Part shown: in pieces, positions 9,705 through 19,117 of the stretch | How the letters are laid out: each line of letters begins with the position of its first letter | Position numbering within the stretch: position 1 is the stretch's first letter | Source of the DNA: an uncultured Azospirillum sp. | GTDB taxonomy: Bacteria; Pseudomonadota; Alphaproteobacteria; RF32; CAG-239 | Direction of reading: 5' to 3' | DNA length: 29,872 nt | NCBI GenBank assembly: GCA_964463185.1 | Contig: CAYXBH010000002.1 | Location: forward strand, 1 to 29,872 | The notes under the pieces: generated by a model | The model's database searches: none | The model's input: the letters and a program-made list of their open reading frames with translations, nothing else | Told to the model about the DNA's origin: nothing | Made by a program: the position numbers and the translations under genes

Positions 9705-9857
9705 TTGATATCAAGACATAACATATTGACAATACAGCACAAAACAGCGTTCTTTTCATTTTGAAAGCGCGTTTTATGGAATTTTTTTTCACCAAATTAA
9801 CATTACATCCAAAACCAGTACAAAAAACTGCTGACATCGGTCGTCAACTACCGACCT

Positions 9858-11444
9858 TTAATTGGCTGAGGCTACCAATTTCTGTGTATATGCTTTGCAC
9901 GGCTTCCCGAAAATATCATCACGACTACCGGTTTCAACCATTTTACCGTCTTTCATAACCAAAATCCGATCCGACATAGCCCGCACGGCTCCCATATCAT
10001 GAGAGATAAAAATATAGCTTAAATTACGATTTTGCTGAATTTCCTGCAGCAATTTGATGATCTGCGCCTGAATGGTAACATCAAGCGCCGAAGTCGGCTC
10101 ATCCAAAATCAACAGCTTTGGCTCCAGAATAAGTGCCCTCGCAATAGCAATCCGTTGTCTTTGTCCGCCGGAAAATTCATGAGGATATTTCACCATATCA
10201 TCTTTATTTAGTCCAGTTTCTTCAATCACTTGCAACACTCTTTGCCGACGTTCTTCCCTTTTTAAATCCGGATAATGCACCAACAGTCCCTCACTGACAA
10301 TCTCTTCTATATTCATTCTGGGATTCAGCGAATTGTAGGGATCCTGAAAAACGATCTGAATATTTTTGCTGAGTTGCCGGCGCTCTTTGACATCTGCCAT
10401 GCCCAATTCCCTGTTTTCAAAAAATATTTTTCCTGTATATTTGTTCAAACCGACAATCGTCAATCCCAGCGTCGTCTTTCCAGAACCGGACTCTCCCACA
10501 ATGCCGAGCGTTGCTCCCTGTCGCAGCTCAAAAGAAATATCATCAACCGCTTTCAGCTTTTCAATCATCCTTCCCCATAGATTTTTCTTTATGGGAAAAG
10601 TAACCCGGATATGTTCCGCACGCAACAAAACATTACCAGATTTATTGTTGTTTTTCATCAACATATGAGCACTTATTAAATCTTTAGTATAACAGTGGAC
10701 AGGATGCTCGAATACCTGTCTGATTTCTCCCTGTTCAACAATTTTGCCGTCTTTCATCACCAATACCCGGTCAGCAATCCGACGGATAACATTCAGATCA
10801 TGGCTGATAAAAATAATGGACATGTTCAGCTTTTGTTTCAGACTGATCAATAGGTTAATAATCTGCTCCTGAACCGTTACGTCAAGGGCTGTTGTCGGTT
10901 CATCGGCAATCAATATATCCGGATTATTAGCAATCGCCATGGCTATCATAACCCGTTGCCTTTGCCCACCGGAAAGTTCAAACGGATAGGCTTTCATCCG
11001 TTTTTCCGCATTTTGGATACCTGTCAGTTTCAGCAGCCGCAAAACCTCTTTCCGAGCACTTTTCTCATCCAGTCTCCGGTGAAGTACCAAAGTTTCGGCT
11101 ATTTGTTTTTCAATGGTATGCAGCGGATTAAGTGATGACATCGGCTCTTGAAAAATGTAGGCTATTCGATTGCCACGGATTTTCCGGAAAAGATTGTCAC
11201 TCAACCCAACCAGTTCCTGCCTTTCAAATTTTATGGAACTTCTTTCTCCCAGACGAGCTTTAGGGAAAGGCAGCAGTCCTAGTAAAGCCAGTGCCGTTAC
11301 GGATTTTCCCGATCCCGATTCACCGACTATTCCAAGGACTTTCCCGGGATCAAGGACAAAAGAAATATTATCGACCGCCGTTTTTTCTTTTCCGTCGCCG
11401 TTTCTGAACATAATTGAGAGATTTTGAACCTCGAGCATACTCAT
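9858..11444 (-). CDS. yejF: Peptide ABC transporter dual ATP-binding protein, YejF-like
   Basis: Two ABC domains (GESGSGKS/LSGGQRQR/ADEPTTALD and GESGSGKT/FSGGQRQR/LDEPTSALD); ATG 11444 overlaps the yejE stop (ATGA). Confidence 0.85.
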   Translation of the reverse strand: MSMLEVQNLSIMFRNGDGKEKTAVDNISFVLDPGKVLGIVGESGSGKSVTALALLGLLPFPKARLGERSSIKFERQELVGLSDNLFRKIRGNRIAYIFQEPMSSLNPLHTIEKQIAETLVLHRRLDEKSARKEVLRLLKLTGIQNAEKRMKAYPFELSGGQRQRVMIAMAIANNPDILIADEPTTALDVTVQEQIINLLISLKQKLNMSIIFISHDLNVIRRIADRVLVMKDGKIVEQGEIRQVFEHPVHCYTKDLISAHMLMKNNNKSGNVLLRAEHIRVTFPIKKNLWGRMIEKLKAVDDISFELRQGATLGIVGESGSGKTTLGLTIVGLNKYTGKIFFENRELGMADVKERRQLSKNIQIVFQDPYNSLNPRMNIEEIVSEGLLVHYPDLKREERRQRVLQVIEETGLNKDDMVKYPHEFSGGQRQRIAIARALILEPKLLILDEPTSALDVTIQAQIIKLLQEIQQNRNLSYIFISHDMGAVRAMSDRILVMKDGKMVETGSRDDIFGKPCKAYTQKLVASAN

Positions 11445-12490
11445 CGACGGTTTTTCCTTGTATCCAGCATATCGCGCACACCCTCGCCCACAAAAATCAA
11501 CGCCATCAGCAAAACTGACAAAACGATAAATATGGAAATCCCGATCCAAGGGGCCTGCAAATTATCTTTTCCCTGCCGGACCAGATCACCGAGCGAAGGG
11601 TATTCATGCGAAAGCCCCAACCCCAGAAAGTCAAGAGCCGTCAGCGACACAATCGCTTCCGACATAATAAACGGGATAAAAGTGATGGCGGAAACAAGCG
11701 CATTGGGCATAATATGACGATAAATAATCCGCCAGTTTCCCACGCCCATGACACGCGCCGCCTTAACAAACTCAAAATTGCGCGTCCGCATAAACTCCGC
11801 TCGCACCATACCGGTCAGCGAAGTCCATGAGAAAAAAAGTAAAATAACCAGCAATGTCCAAAACGAAGGCAAAAAAATGCTGGAAACGATAATCAAAATA
11901 AAAAGCTGCGGCAAAGATTCCCATATTTCTATAAAACGTTGCATAAAAATATCCAATTTTCCACCGAAATACCCCTGCACAGCTCCTGCGGCAATCCCGA
12001 TGGCGGAAGAAATCAGTGTCAGCAGAAAAGCAAATGCTAAAGACAGCCGCAGCCCGTACAGAATCCGAGCCACAATATCCCTGCCCTCATCATCGGTTCC
12101 GAGCCAGTGGCGTTTTGAAGGCGCTGCCGGCGTCGGCATATCCATTTCCATATCAACCGTATTGAAAGAAAACGGAACCGGAGACATCAACATCCAGCCG
12201 TTTTGCTCTATATTATTTCGAATATATGGATCCGCATAATCGACCGGCGTCGGAAAATCACCGCCGAAATCCAAATCCGTATATGTAACGGCAAGCGGAA
12301 AATACCACTTACCACCATAGCGCACCAACAGAGGTTTATCATTGGCTAAAACATCGGCAAACAGACTGAGAAGTACCAAAAACAAAAGCAGAAAAAGAGA
12401 TCTCGTGGCACGTTTGTTTTGACAGAAAACATGCCATTCTGGCAATAATGTACCATTTTTCAAAAACTGATTTTCCTTATTCTGCCACAC
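11441..12490 (-). CDS. yejE: Peptide ABC transporter permease, YejE-like
   Basis: LANDKPL.VRY.G.WYFP, HWLGTDDEGRD..ARILYGLRLSL, GAVQGYFGG..D and RAEF.RTRN.EFV.AAR (EAA) motifs; GTG start overlaps the upstream gene's end by 14 nt. Confidence 0.88.
   Translation of the reverse strand: MWQNKENQFLKNGTLLPEWHVFCQNKRATRSLFLLLFLVLLSLFADVLANDKPLLVRYGGKWYFPLAVTYTDLDFGGDFPTPVDYADPYIRNNIEQNGWMLMSPVPFSFNTVDMEMDMPTPAAPSKRHWLGTDDEGRDIVARILYGLRLSLAFAFLLTLISSAIGIAAGAVQGYFGGKLDIFMQRFIEIWESLPQLFILIIVSSIFLPSFWTLLVILLFFSWTSLTGMVRAEFMRTRNFEFVKAARVMGVGNWRIIYRHIMPNALVSAITFIPFIMSEAIVSLTALDFLGLGLSHEYPSLGDLVRQGKDNLQAPWIGISIFIVLSVLLMALIFVGEGVRDMLDTRKNRR
12079..12086 (-). other. KOPS motif (GGGCAGGG on minus) pointing towards dif
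   Basis: CCCTGCCC on the + strand, right of dif. Confidence 0.5.
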
Positions 12491-14546
12491 CGTTTTTCTC
12501 GTCTGTTTCCGCTAAGTTTTCAACATGACTTTCGGCGACGGACTTAATCCCCTCCTCATTTACAGCCGGCAGTTCTTCGGTTTGCTCTTCCGTCGGCGCC
12601 AGCTGTGCAGTCGAAAGAGCGGTGTTGTCCGCTTTTTCAACCGGCATTTTGGAAGATGTCTGCAACAGCGGTTTTACCGGCTCACGATAATTGATTTTAC
12701 TCCATTCCTGATACCAGTGGTTAAACTCCTGCAAGGCTTCCTGTGCTACCTCGTTGGTAAATATAACGGCGTCAATATTTTCTTTTACCGATTTTTTCGT
12801 GCTTTTTGACAGAGTCGTACGGCCAAATTCCGTACATTTCGAACCATTTTCAAATTGATTATTTAAGATTTCCTCAACCGGACAGATAGATTTATTGATT
12901 ACAAACTGCCTGCTTCCGGGAAGTTTGATGGCTAGAGCAACCATTTGTCCGTTACGGAACCGGTCTGCCAGATTTTGGTTATTTGATCCGATCATGTCAT
13001 CAACACCAGATAAACCCTCGATAACAACGGTTGTCTTTTCCCCGTCAGGCATTTTCTGAATTTCCTGCATCATTTTTTCTAATTGACCGAACAGGCACAT
13101 AGTCTGTTTCAGGTAAGCATTTCTCTTTTCGAGGAAATTTTTATTTTCCGCCCAGGGCTGATTATATTTGGGCAACCATTCAGACAACGGTTTCAAACGG
13201 CACATATCATCATAAACGAACATATCCGACGGCAGGTCAAGATAAACAAAATACGCCTGAGCCCCTTTATCCTGCGCCATATCTGACAACATCAGATCAA
13301 GGTTCTTAAACGAATTGACAACATACAATTTCCGATAAGTAATGCCGACAACCGGGGTTTTAGACGTATTAAACATCGGTTTCACATACTCGTAAACCTG
13401 CTCCATAACAGTTTCGTTGGCAAACCAGCCGGTGCTTTCCAGCCACTGAACCAGCAGAATCTGAATTTTGTCGGCTATCGGCATTTGCACACCATCGATA
13501 TTAAACGGGAAATTTATTTTGCTAACGCAACGATTGACCGCAGTTTTGTTGTTCTGATTACACAGATGAATACCATGCGACTGATAGGCGCTGATTTTAT
13601 AGCCTTTTTCTTTCAACTTGTCATAAACGGCGTTATCCTTTAGATAAGCTTCATAATCTTCCCGATTCTTAAACTGCCAGTACCCTTCACGTAAAACTTG
13701 ATTTTGCAGAAACGATGTTTTTTCGTCCGCCGTATAGTTAAGGTTACGGGCAGCATTAATAAACTGGTTATTATTGGTTACATAAGCATTGGGATAAAGC
13801 TTAAATCCGTTCTTGGCATAAAAGCCAAACATAATTTTCATCAGTTGCTGTTTATAGAGTTCCGCCGCCTCATTTTTTTCCAAACTGTAAAGATAGCTGT
13901 ACGAAGGGGCATTAGCAATCATAATAGTTACCAGCTTTTCGCTTGGGGCAGCCGATTCCGCAGTCTGAACCAAAACCGGAGGCATATCCGGATCGGTTAT
14001 AAACTCGCTTTTATCCTGATTCTGGTTAATCAGGACGGCACCAAAACAAAAACAGGCAATCAGGACCAAAAGAGCCTTGATCCGTTTCGGAGTTAAGGCC
14101 AATATAGCAAAAACGACAACGCCCGCAGCCACAGCGCCATATGTGCCGGATCCACCGTCCCCGGTATTGAAATTGGCAAATTGAGAAACCATAGCAAACG
14201 TAAAGAAACCGGTTACAAGGGCTGTCAGAAGATAAAGTATAATACTCAAAAAAGACAGACAGAAATAAACAGCGAAAATAACAGCAGCCATTCCGATGAG
14301 CGTATAAAGAATTTCCGGCCGCAGATTATTAATACCCTGAAAAATATTAATCGGCCCCGAAGACGCAAACAAAACAAAGTTGATACCGAGCAGCGAAAAG
14401 GTAATCAGACAGCAGGCAAGATAGTTGAAAAGATAGCTCCATAATTTACTGGATCTTTTTTTCTTTTTCTGCGGAGTTGCCGTCCTTTTACGAAAAGGGG
14501 GTATTAGAGAACTGACTTCAATGGGATTAGCTGTAGCATCGCTCAT
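12477..14546 (-). CDS. Hypothetical inner-membrane protein: about 5 TM helices plus a large periplasmic alkaline-phosphatase/sulfatase-like domain with degenerate catalytic motifs
   Basis: 689 aa; basic N-tail, about 5 hydrophobic segments in residues ~38-173, then a soluble domain whose motif order (LVTIMIANAP / GFKLYPNAY / FVYLDLPSDMFVYD..C / YLKQTMCL..QL / TTVVIEGLSG) recalls sulfatase-like transferases; the ORF is solid, the fold call is inferred. Confidence 0.6.
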   Translation of the reverse strand: MSDATANPIEVSSLIPPFRKRTATPQKKKKRSSKLWSYLFNYLACCLITFSLLGINFVLFASSGPINIFQGINNLRPEILYTLIGMAAVIFAVYFCLSFLSIILYLLTALVTGFFTFAMVSQFANFNTGDGGSGTYGAVAAGVVVFAILALTPKRIKALLVLIACFCFGAVLINQNQDKSEFITDPDMPPVLVQTAESAAPSEKLVTIMIANAPSYSYLYSLEKNEAAELYKQQLMKIMFGFYAKNGFKLYPNAYVTNNNQFINAARNLNYTADEKTSFLQNQVLREGYWQFKNREDYEAYLKDNAVYDKLKEKGYKISAYQSHGIHLCNQNNKTAVNRCVSKINFPFNIDGVQMPIADKIQILLVQWLESTGWFANETVMEQVYEYVKPMFNTSKTPVVGITYRKLYVVNSFKNLDLMLSDMAQDKGAQAYFVYLDLPSDMFVYDDMCRLKPLSEWLPKYNQPWAENKNFLEKRNAYLKQTMCLFGQLEKMMQEIQKMPDGEKTTVVIEGLSGVDDMIGSNNQNLADRFRNGQMVALAIKLPGSRQFVINKSICPVEEILNNQFENGSKCTEFGRTTLSKSTKKSVKENIDAVIFTNEVAQEALQEFNHWYQEWSKINYREPVKPLLQTSSKMPVEKADNTALSTAQLAPTEEQTEELPAVNEEGIKSVAESHVENLAETDEKNGVAE

Positions 14547-14619
14547 ATCTCTGCTTCCTTATAATAAATGATTGGCAAAACATAAAACATATAAACATAT
14601 TAGCGCCGATATTTAAAGC

Positions 14620-14656
14620 AAAAAACCCCAAGATTGCACACAATCCTGAGGTTTTT
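14620..14656 (-). terminator. Rho-independent terminator after rpsD
   Basis: Minus-strand RNA AAAAACCUCAGGAUUG-UGUG-CAAUCUUGGGGUUUUUU, fully paired with G.U pairs, ends in a U-tract. Confidence 0.85.
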
Positions 14657-14679
14657 GTCCATTTTCGGATTTCTCCCCG

Positions 14680-15291
14680 TTATCTGGAGTAAAACTCGAT
14701 AACCAAGTTCGGCTCCATAACAGAAGCATACGGAACATCAGCAAACTTCGGAACAAAAGCATATTTTACGCTGAATTTTGAATCGGCCTCCAGATAAGAT
14801 GGAACTTCATGCAGGTTAGATTCCAGCGAAGCTGTTACCATCGGCATCTGCTGGGCTTTTTCCTTAACCGAAATAACATCTCCGGCTTTAACCATATAAG
14901 AAGGAATATTAACTTTTTTACCGTTGACCAGAATATGACCATGGTTAACAAACTGACGGGCGGCAAAAATGCTCGGTACAAATTTGGCTTTGAAAACCAG
15001 GTTGTCCAAACGGGATTCCAAAATACCAATCAGATTTTCAGCAGCATCGCCACGTCTTCTGATAGCTTCAACGTAATATTTATGGAACTGTTTTTCCGAT
15101 ACATTACCGTAATAGGTTTTCAATCTCTGTTTTGCCAACAGCTGTTCACCGTAGTCGGTCAGTTTTTTCTTGCGGGCGCCGTGCTGCCCCGGACCGTATT
15201 CACGTTTTAAAAACGGACTTTTCGGGTCACCCCACAAATTGGCGTGCAAACTGCGGTTTGTTTTTTTCTTTGCTTTTACAATACTCTTCAT
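14680..15291 (-). CDS. rpsD: 30S ribosomal protein S4
   Basis: [28 protein letters not shown] and [22 protein letters not shown] motifs; C-terminal VIEFYSR. Confidence 0.99.
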   Translation of the reverse strand: MKSIVKAKKKTNRSLHANLWGDPKSPFLKREYGPGQHGARKKKLTDYGEQLLAKQRLKTYYGNVSEKQFHKYYVEAIRRRGDAAENLIGILESRLDNLVFKAKFVPSIFAARQFVNHGHILVNGKKVNIPSYMVKAGDVISVKEKAQQMPMVTASLESNLHEVPSYLEADSKFSVKYAFVPKFADVPYASVMEPNLVIEFYSR

Positions 15292-15402
15292 TAAATTCTT
15301 CCTTGAATTGATTTTATTTTATTGGATTATTGTCCCGGTAGTCCTTGAAAAAACAACTTTTCAGGCGGGGCATTTTCTGCCCGCATTTCCGGAAGTGAGG
15401 GC

Positions 15403-15431
15403 AATGTAATATAGTTTTTTAAAAAAATCAA
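15403..15431 (-). promoter_or_regulatory. Putative sigma70 promoter of rpsD
   Basis: -35 TTGATT (15431-15426), 17-bp spacer, -10 TACATT (15408-15403), GC-rich discriminator GCCCTC; implies a 5' UTR of about 105 nt. Confidence 0.6.
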
Positions 15432-15444
15432 GCATTATCTTAAC

Positions 15445-15468
15445 AAAAAAACTCCGGATATCCGGAGT
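15445..15468 (-). terminator. Rho-independent terminator of the recJ-DUF502 transcript
   Basis: Perfect 18-bp palindrome ACTCCGGATATCCGGAGT (15451-15468) followed by a U-run on the minus strand. Confidence 0.8.
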
Positions 15469-15724
15469 CTTTTATCCCGACGACACTTAAAAAGCGGCAA
15501 AGACTTCCTGAGTGGCAATTTCTTCCGGCAGTTGCCCAACAAAAAAATGCATCAACAAAACACGTTTCTGCCGCCAACCATCCACACAGCTCTTTCCCTG
15601 ACCGAAACGGGGAGCTGGCACAAAACATCTTTACCGTCGGCCACGGCACTCCGAAACACCCGTATAAATGAAAAGTATCCGCCGAACACAGATACCACAG
15701 TCCTTCAATCGGTTTTATCCGCCA

Positions 15725-16447
15725 TTAGGCTGCTGTCTTTATTTTCTTTTTTGCCTCTTCCGGTTCCACGATTCCGCCGGAAACAACAAATTTCAGTCCT
15801 TCTTCGACGCTCATATCCAAAAAGACCACGTCCTTCCTCGGTACAAAGATCAAAAAGCCCGAAGTTGGGTTCGGCGTAGTCGGAACAAATACATTCAGCA
15901 TATCCCGGCCGAGGATTTTTTTGACCTCGCCGCCCGTTTCCATGCTGACAAACCCAAGTATCCAAATCCCTTTGCGCGGATACTCAAACAAAACCACCTG
16001 ACGGAAAGCCCGACTTTTATCAGAAAGAAAAGTTTCAAAAATCTGTTTAAGCAGAGAATAGACGCTTGAAACAACCGGCATTTTTTTTACCATCCAGTCG
16101 CCGAGGCGGATAAAAAAACCACCGACGAAACCGGCCGCAAACATACCGATAACAATCATTGAAATAATCAGCACAATCACGCCCAATCCGGGAATTGTAA
16201 ACGGCAGATCGTAATAATAAGACTTAAACTGTGGCGGCAATAGCCTGCCAACCCAGACATCAATCCAGAGAATGATCTTATACGCCATGTAAAAAGTAAT
16301 CGAAACCGGTGCTGTTACCAGAATACCGGTAAAAAAATAAGCCCTCAATTTAGCGCCAAGTTTCATGAAAACACGTTGCTCTTTTTCCCGGATATTACGG
16401 ATGTTGATCGCCCTCACCCTGATTTTTTCTTTGTTTTTCTCAGACAT
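15725..16447 (-). CDS. DUF502 family membrane protein
   Basis: F.TGIL...P...TFY, IPGLG, ...P.VSSVY...KQI.ET, FRQVVLFEYPRKGIW..GF, VFVPTTPNPTSGF..FVP and MSVEEGLKFVVSGG motifs. Confidence 0.93.
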   Translation of the reverse strand: MSEKNKEKIRVRAINIRNIREKEQRVFMKLGAKLRAYFFTGILVTAPVSITFYMAYKIILWIDVWVGRLLPPQFKSYYYDLPFTIPGLGVIVLIISMIVIGMFAAGFVGGFFIRLGDWMVKKMPVVSSVYSLLKQIFETFLSDKSRAFRQVVLFEYPRKGIWILGFVSMETGGEVKKILGRDMLNVFVPTTPNPTSGFLIFVPRKDVVFLDMSVEEGLKFVVSGGIVEPEEAKKKIKTAA

Positions 16448-18215
16448 TTTTCCCTCTCATGGCATCTTCAATAACAAACTGAACCTGCGTCCGCCCCATC
16501 CAGGTATCTTTTCTCAAATTTCCGGCCAAATCAAAAAACTCTCCACGCCGAGCAAGCAGAGCTTTTCCCATCTCGGAATCCGCCGCCCGAAAGGCAATTG
16601 CTTTCAAACTACCACCGTCAAGCGCTCCCAATATGCACCGGATATGCCCGTTGCCGACAATCTCCGCTCTGATAATCCGCACGTTGGAGAGCAACAGCCG
16701 GGGTTCCGGATTCCCCGCACCGAACGGTTCGAGCAGAGAAAGGCTGTCGGCAAACTCAGCCGTTGCTGCCGGCAAGCTGATGCAACCATCTATTTCCAAC
16801 GTAGGCACGATCTTTTCTTTTCCCAGATATTGTTCTGCATATTCCCCGGCAAACCGGTGAAAAGCTTCCATATTTTCTTCTTTCAGCGAAAAGCCTGCCG
16901 CCATATTATGCCCGCCTCCTTTGGTAAGCAGGCCATTTTCTTTGGCTGCCATCACCAACGCACCGATATTAAGACCAGGCACCGACCGTGCGGATCCCTT
17001 AACTTCGTCAGCCTCAACAGACATCACAAAAGACGGCAGATTATAACGCTCTTTCAGTTTTCCTGCCACAATGCCAATAACCCCTTGGTGCCAACCTTTA
17101 CCATACACAAAAGCAATCGGATACGATTGTGGCGTCCCTTCCAGAATTTCAATAGCCTGCAACAGTACATAAGCTTCAATTTCTTTTCTCAGAGCATTAA
17201 AACCGTCCAGCTTTTCAGCAAAAACAGCCGCCTGTACATCATTTTCAGCACACAACAACTTTTCCCCCGTCGAGGCCTCACCGACCCGCCCGCCGGCATT
17301 AATCCGCGGTCCGAGAACATATCCCAGATGATAGCTCGACGGCGCTTCCGCCAAAGATGCCCGGTCAGACAGAGCTTTTAATCCGAAGTTCTGCCTTAAA
17401 GACATCACTTTTAACCCCTGGCGGACAAAAGCCCTGTTCAACCCGAGCAGAGGCACAACATCGCAGACCGTTCCAAGAGCGGTCAGATCCAGCCATTTTT
17501 TCAAATCCGGTTGCGGATGGTTGTCATAATAACCGCGCTTTCTCAGTTCTCTGTTAACGGCAACCACGGTTAAAAAGACAACACCGACCGCCGCCAGATA
17601 TTTCAGATACGGACAATCATCCGCTTCATCCAGCCTTTTGGGGTTAACAACCGCATACACGGCCGGCAGCCGCGTTTCTGCTTCGTGATGATCAAGCACG
17701 ATAACATCTATTCCCTTACTTTGTGCATATTCCAAAACATCAAAGGCCGTTGTGCCACAGTCGGTGGTGATCAGCAGCGTCGTACCGAGAGCGGCAAATT
17801 TGTCAACAGCGACCACACTCGGACCATACCCCTCTTCCCGCTCCGGGATATGGACGGGAACATCACAACCGGTTGATTTCAGAAACAATTTCAGCAAAGA
17901 AGAAGAAGTTGCGCCGTCAACATCATAGTCGCCGATAATGGCAATTTGCTCTTTTTTCTCGACCGCATCGGCTATCCTTTCCGCCGCCTTTTGCATATCC
18001 TTCAGACAGTTGGGATCAGGCATCAGATTTTGCAGTTTCGGGTACAAAAAATCTCTCGCCTCATCCGGCATAACACCGCGGGCAGAAAGGATGGATGCAA
18101 CCACCACAGGCAAACCGTAACGCATAGCGATCTGCTCGGCATCATTCTCGCAAAAAGGGGCAAATTTCCATATATTGCCCCCTAAAGATTTGCTGATCGG
18201 AAAATCATTGTCCAC
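16440..18215 (-). CDS. recJ: Single-stranded-DNA-specific exonuclease RecJ
   Basis: DHH-family motifs GDYDVDG, TDCG, DHH, GTVCD, PRINAGGR, GSARS and GGH.MAAG; GTG start with GGGGAG RBS. Confidence 0.97.
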   Translation of the reverse strand: MDNDFPISKSLGGNIWKFAPFCENDAEQIAMRYGLPVVVASILSARGVMPDEARDFLYPKLQNLMPDPNCLKDMQKAAERIADAVEKKEQIAIIGDYDVDGATSSSLLKLFLKSTGCDVPVHIPEREEGYGPSVVAVDKFAALGTTLLITTDCGTTAFDVLEYAQSKGIDVIVLDHHEAETRLPAVYAVVNPKRLDEADDCPYLKYLAAVGVVFLTVVAVNRELRKRGYYDNHPQPDLKKWLDLTALGTVCDVVPLLGLNRAFVRQGLKVMSLRQNFGLKALSDRASLAEAPSSYHLGYVLGPRINAGGRVGEASTGEKLLCAENDVQAAVFAEKLDGFNALRKEIEAYVLLQAIEILEGTPQSYPIAFVYGKGWHQGVIGIVAGKLKERYNLPSFVMSVEADEVKGSARSVPGLNIGALVMAAKENGLLTKGGGHNMAAGFSLKEENMEAFHRFAGEYAEQYLGKEKIVPTLEIDGCISLPAATAEFADSLSLLEPFGAGNPEPRLLLSNVRIIRAEIVGNGHIRCILGALDGGSLKAIAFRAADSEMGKALLARRGEFFDLAGNLRKDTWMGRTQVQFVIEDAMRGKNV

Positions 18216-18240
18216 GGCAACTCCCCGTCTGCTTTTCCTG

Positions 18241-18951
18241 TCAATAGCTGATATAGATTTCAGCTCTGCGGTTTAAGCTTTCACCTTTTGGCAATGTCTC
18301 CCTGTAAAGGAGATTGCTGTCCGAAGGTGCTTCGATGCTGACCGCCCCTTCGGGTGCACCCGCCTCAACCAAGGCAACCGCCACATTTTTGGCCCGTTCA
18401 ATCGATACTTTGAAATTCGTCAGCTTGTGCCGAGTCTCATCCATACTGTTTGTGCGACCGGATGCAAAACCAAAAACCGTGATTTTAGCATTTCTCTCTT
18501 TCGCCAGACGGGCAGCTTCTTTAATATCCCCGTCATATTCCGAACCGATTGTGGTACTGCCGTTGGCAAAAAGAATAGTCAAAACCCTATCCGCTGCCAG
18601 CTCTGTCCCTTCCCGTCGGACAACACTCCTTTCTGTCGTTTTCTTCTCCTTTTCCGCCTGGGCATCGGTCAGTATTTTATTAAACTCTCTGTCTTTGTCA
18701 AAAACTTCTTTCGGAGCGGTATCTTCCCGGATAATCGGCACAGTTTTTACAGAACTTGTTTCTTCTCTTGTATAACTGTCACCAACAGTCGGTACCTCCC
18801 CCGGCTGCTTATGGATTGGACGATAGGTTTCAATCACTCGGGCAGAAACGTCGGTTGCAGGCTCCACAACCTCTCCGGTAGAACTGCAGGCAGAAATACC
18901 TACAGTCAAAACAGACACCAAAGCCAACTGAATACATTTTTTCCCTTTCAT
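18241..18951 (-). CDS. OmpA/Pal-like C-terminal-domain lipoprotein
   Basis: Lipobox ISA-C after MKGKK; C-terminal domain ILFANGS..GFAS..N..VS.ERA..V...L...G..NRRAEI; AGAGG RBS. Confidence 0.85.
   Translation of the reverse strand: MKGKKCIQLALVSVLTVGISACSSTGEVVEPATDVSARVIETYRPIHKQPGEVPTVGDSYTREETSSVKTVPIIREDTAPKEVFDKDREFNKILTDAQAEKEKKTTERSVVRREGTELAADRVLTILFANGSTTIGSEYDGDIKEAARLAKERNAKITVFGFASGRTNSMDETRHKLTNFKVSIERAKNVAVALVEAGAPEGAVSIEAPSDSNLLYRETLPKGESLNRRAEIYISY
18607..18614 (-). other. KOPS motif (GGGAAGGG on minus) pointing towards dif
   Basis: CCCTTCCC on the + strand. Confidence 0.5.
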
Positions 18952-19117
18952 GTCATCCTCTTTATAATTTAGTTCTCTGAAATACTGTATTTCTAGCCCA
19001 AGAATGGGGATAAGACAAGAATAAAAATCGAACAATGCAAACTTTTTAAAAATCAGTTTGTCTTTTAAAAAATATTGTTATACTATTTTAAAACAGTTGA
19101 AAACGGAGGAACAAACA

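Noticed and set aside
9477-9857. Xer-exploiting integrated element (IMEX or filamentous phage) at dif
   Set aside because: No second full dif-like site and no phage, Rep or integrase genes; both flanks are housekeeping or transport genes
15469-15724. Two-piece tmRNA, or cobalamin/FMN riboswitch (GCAACUG, GCCACU, GCCGACGGUAAAG fragments)
   Set aside because: No tRNA-like acceptor ends or tag frame; the riboswitch fragments lack the other conserved elements and the gene context does not fit
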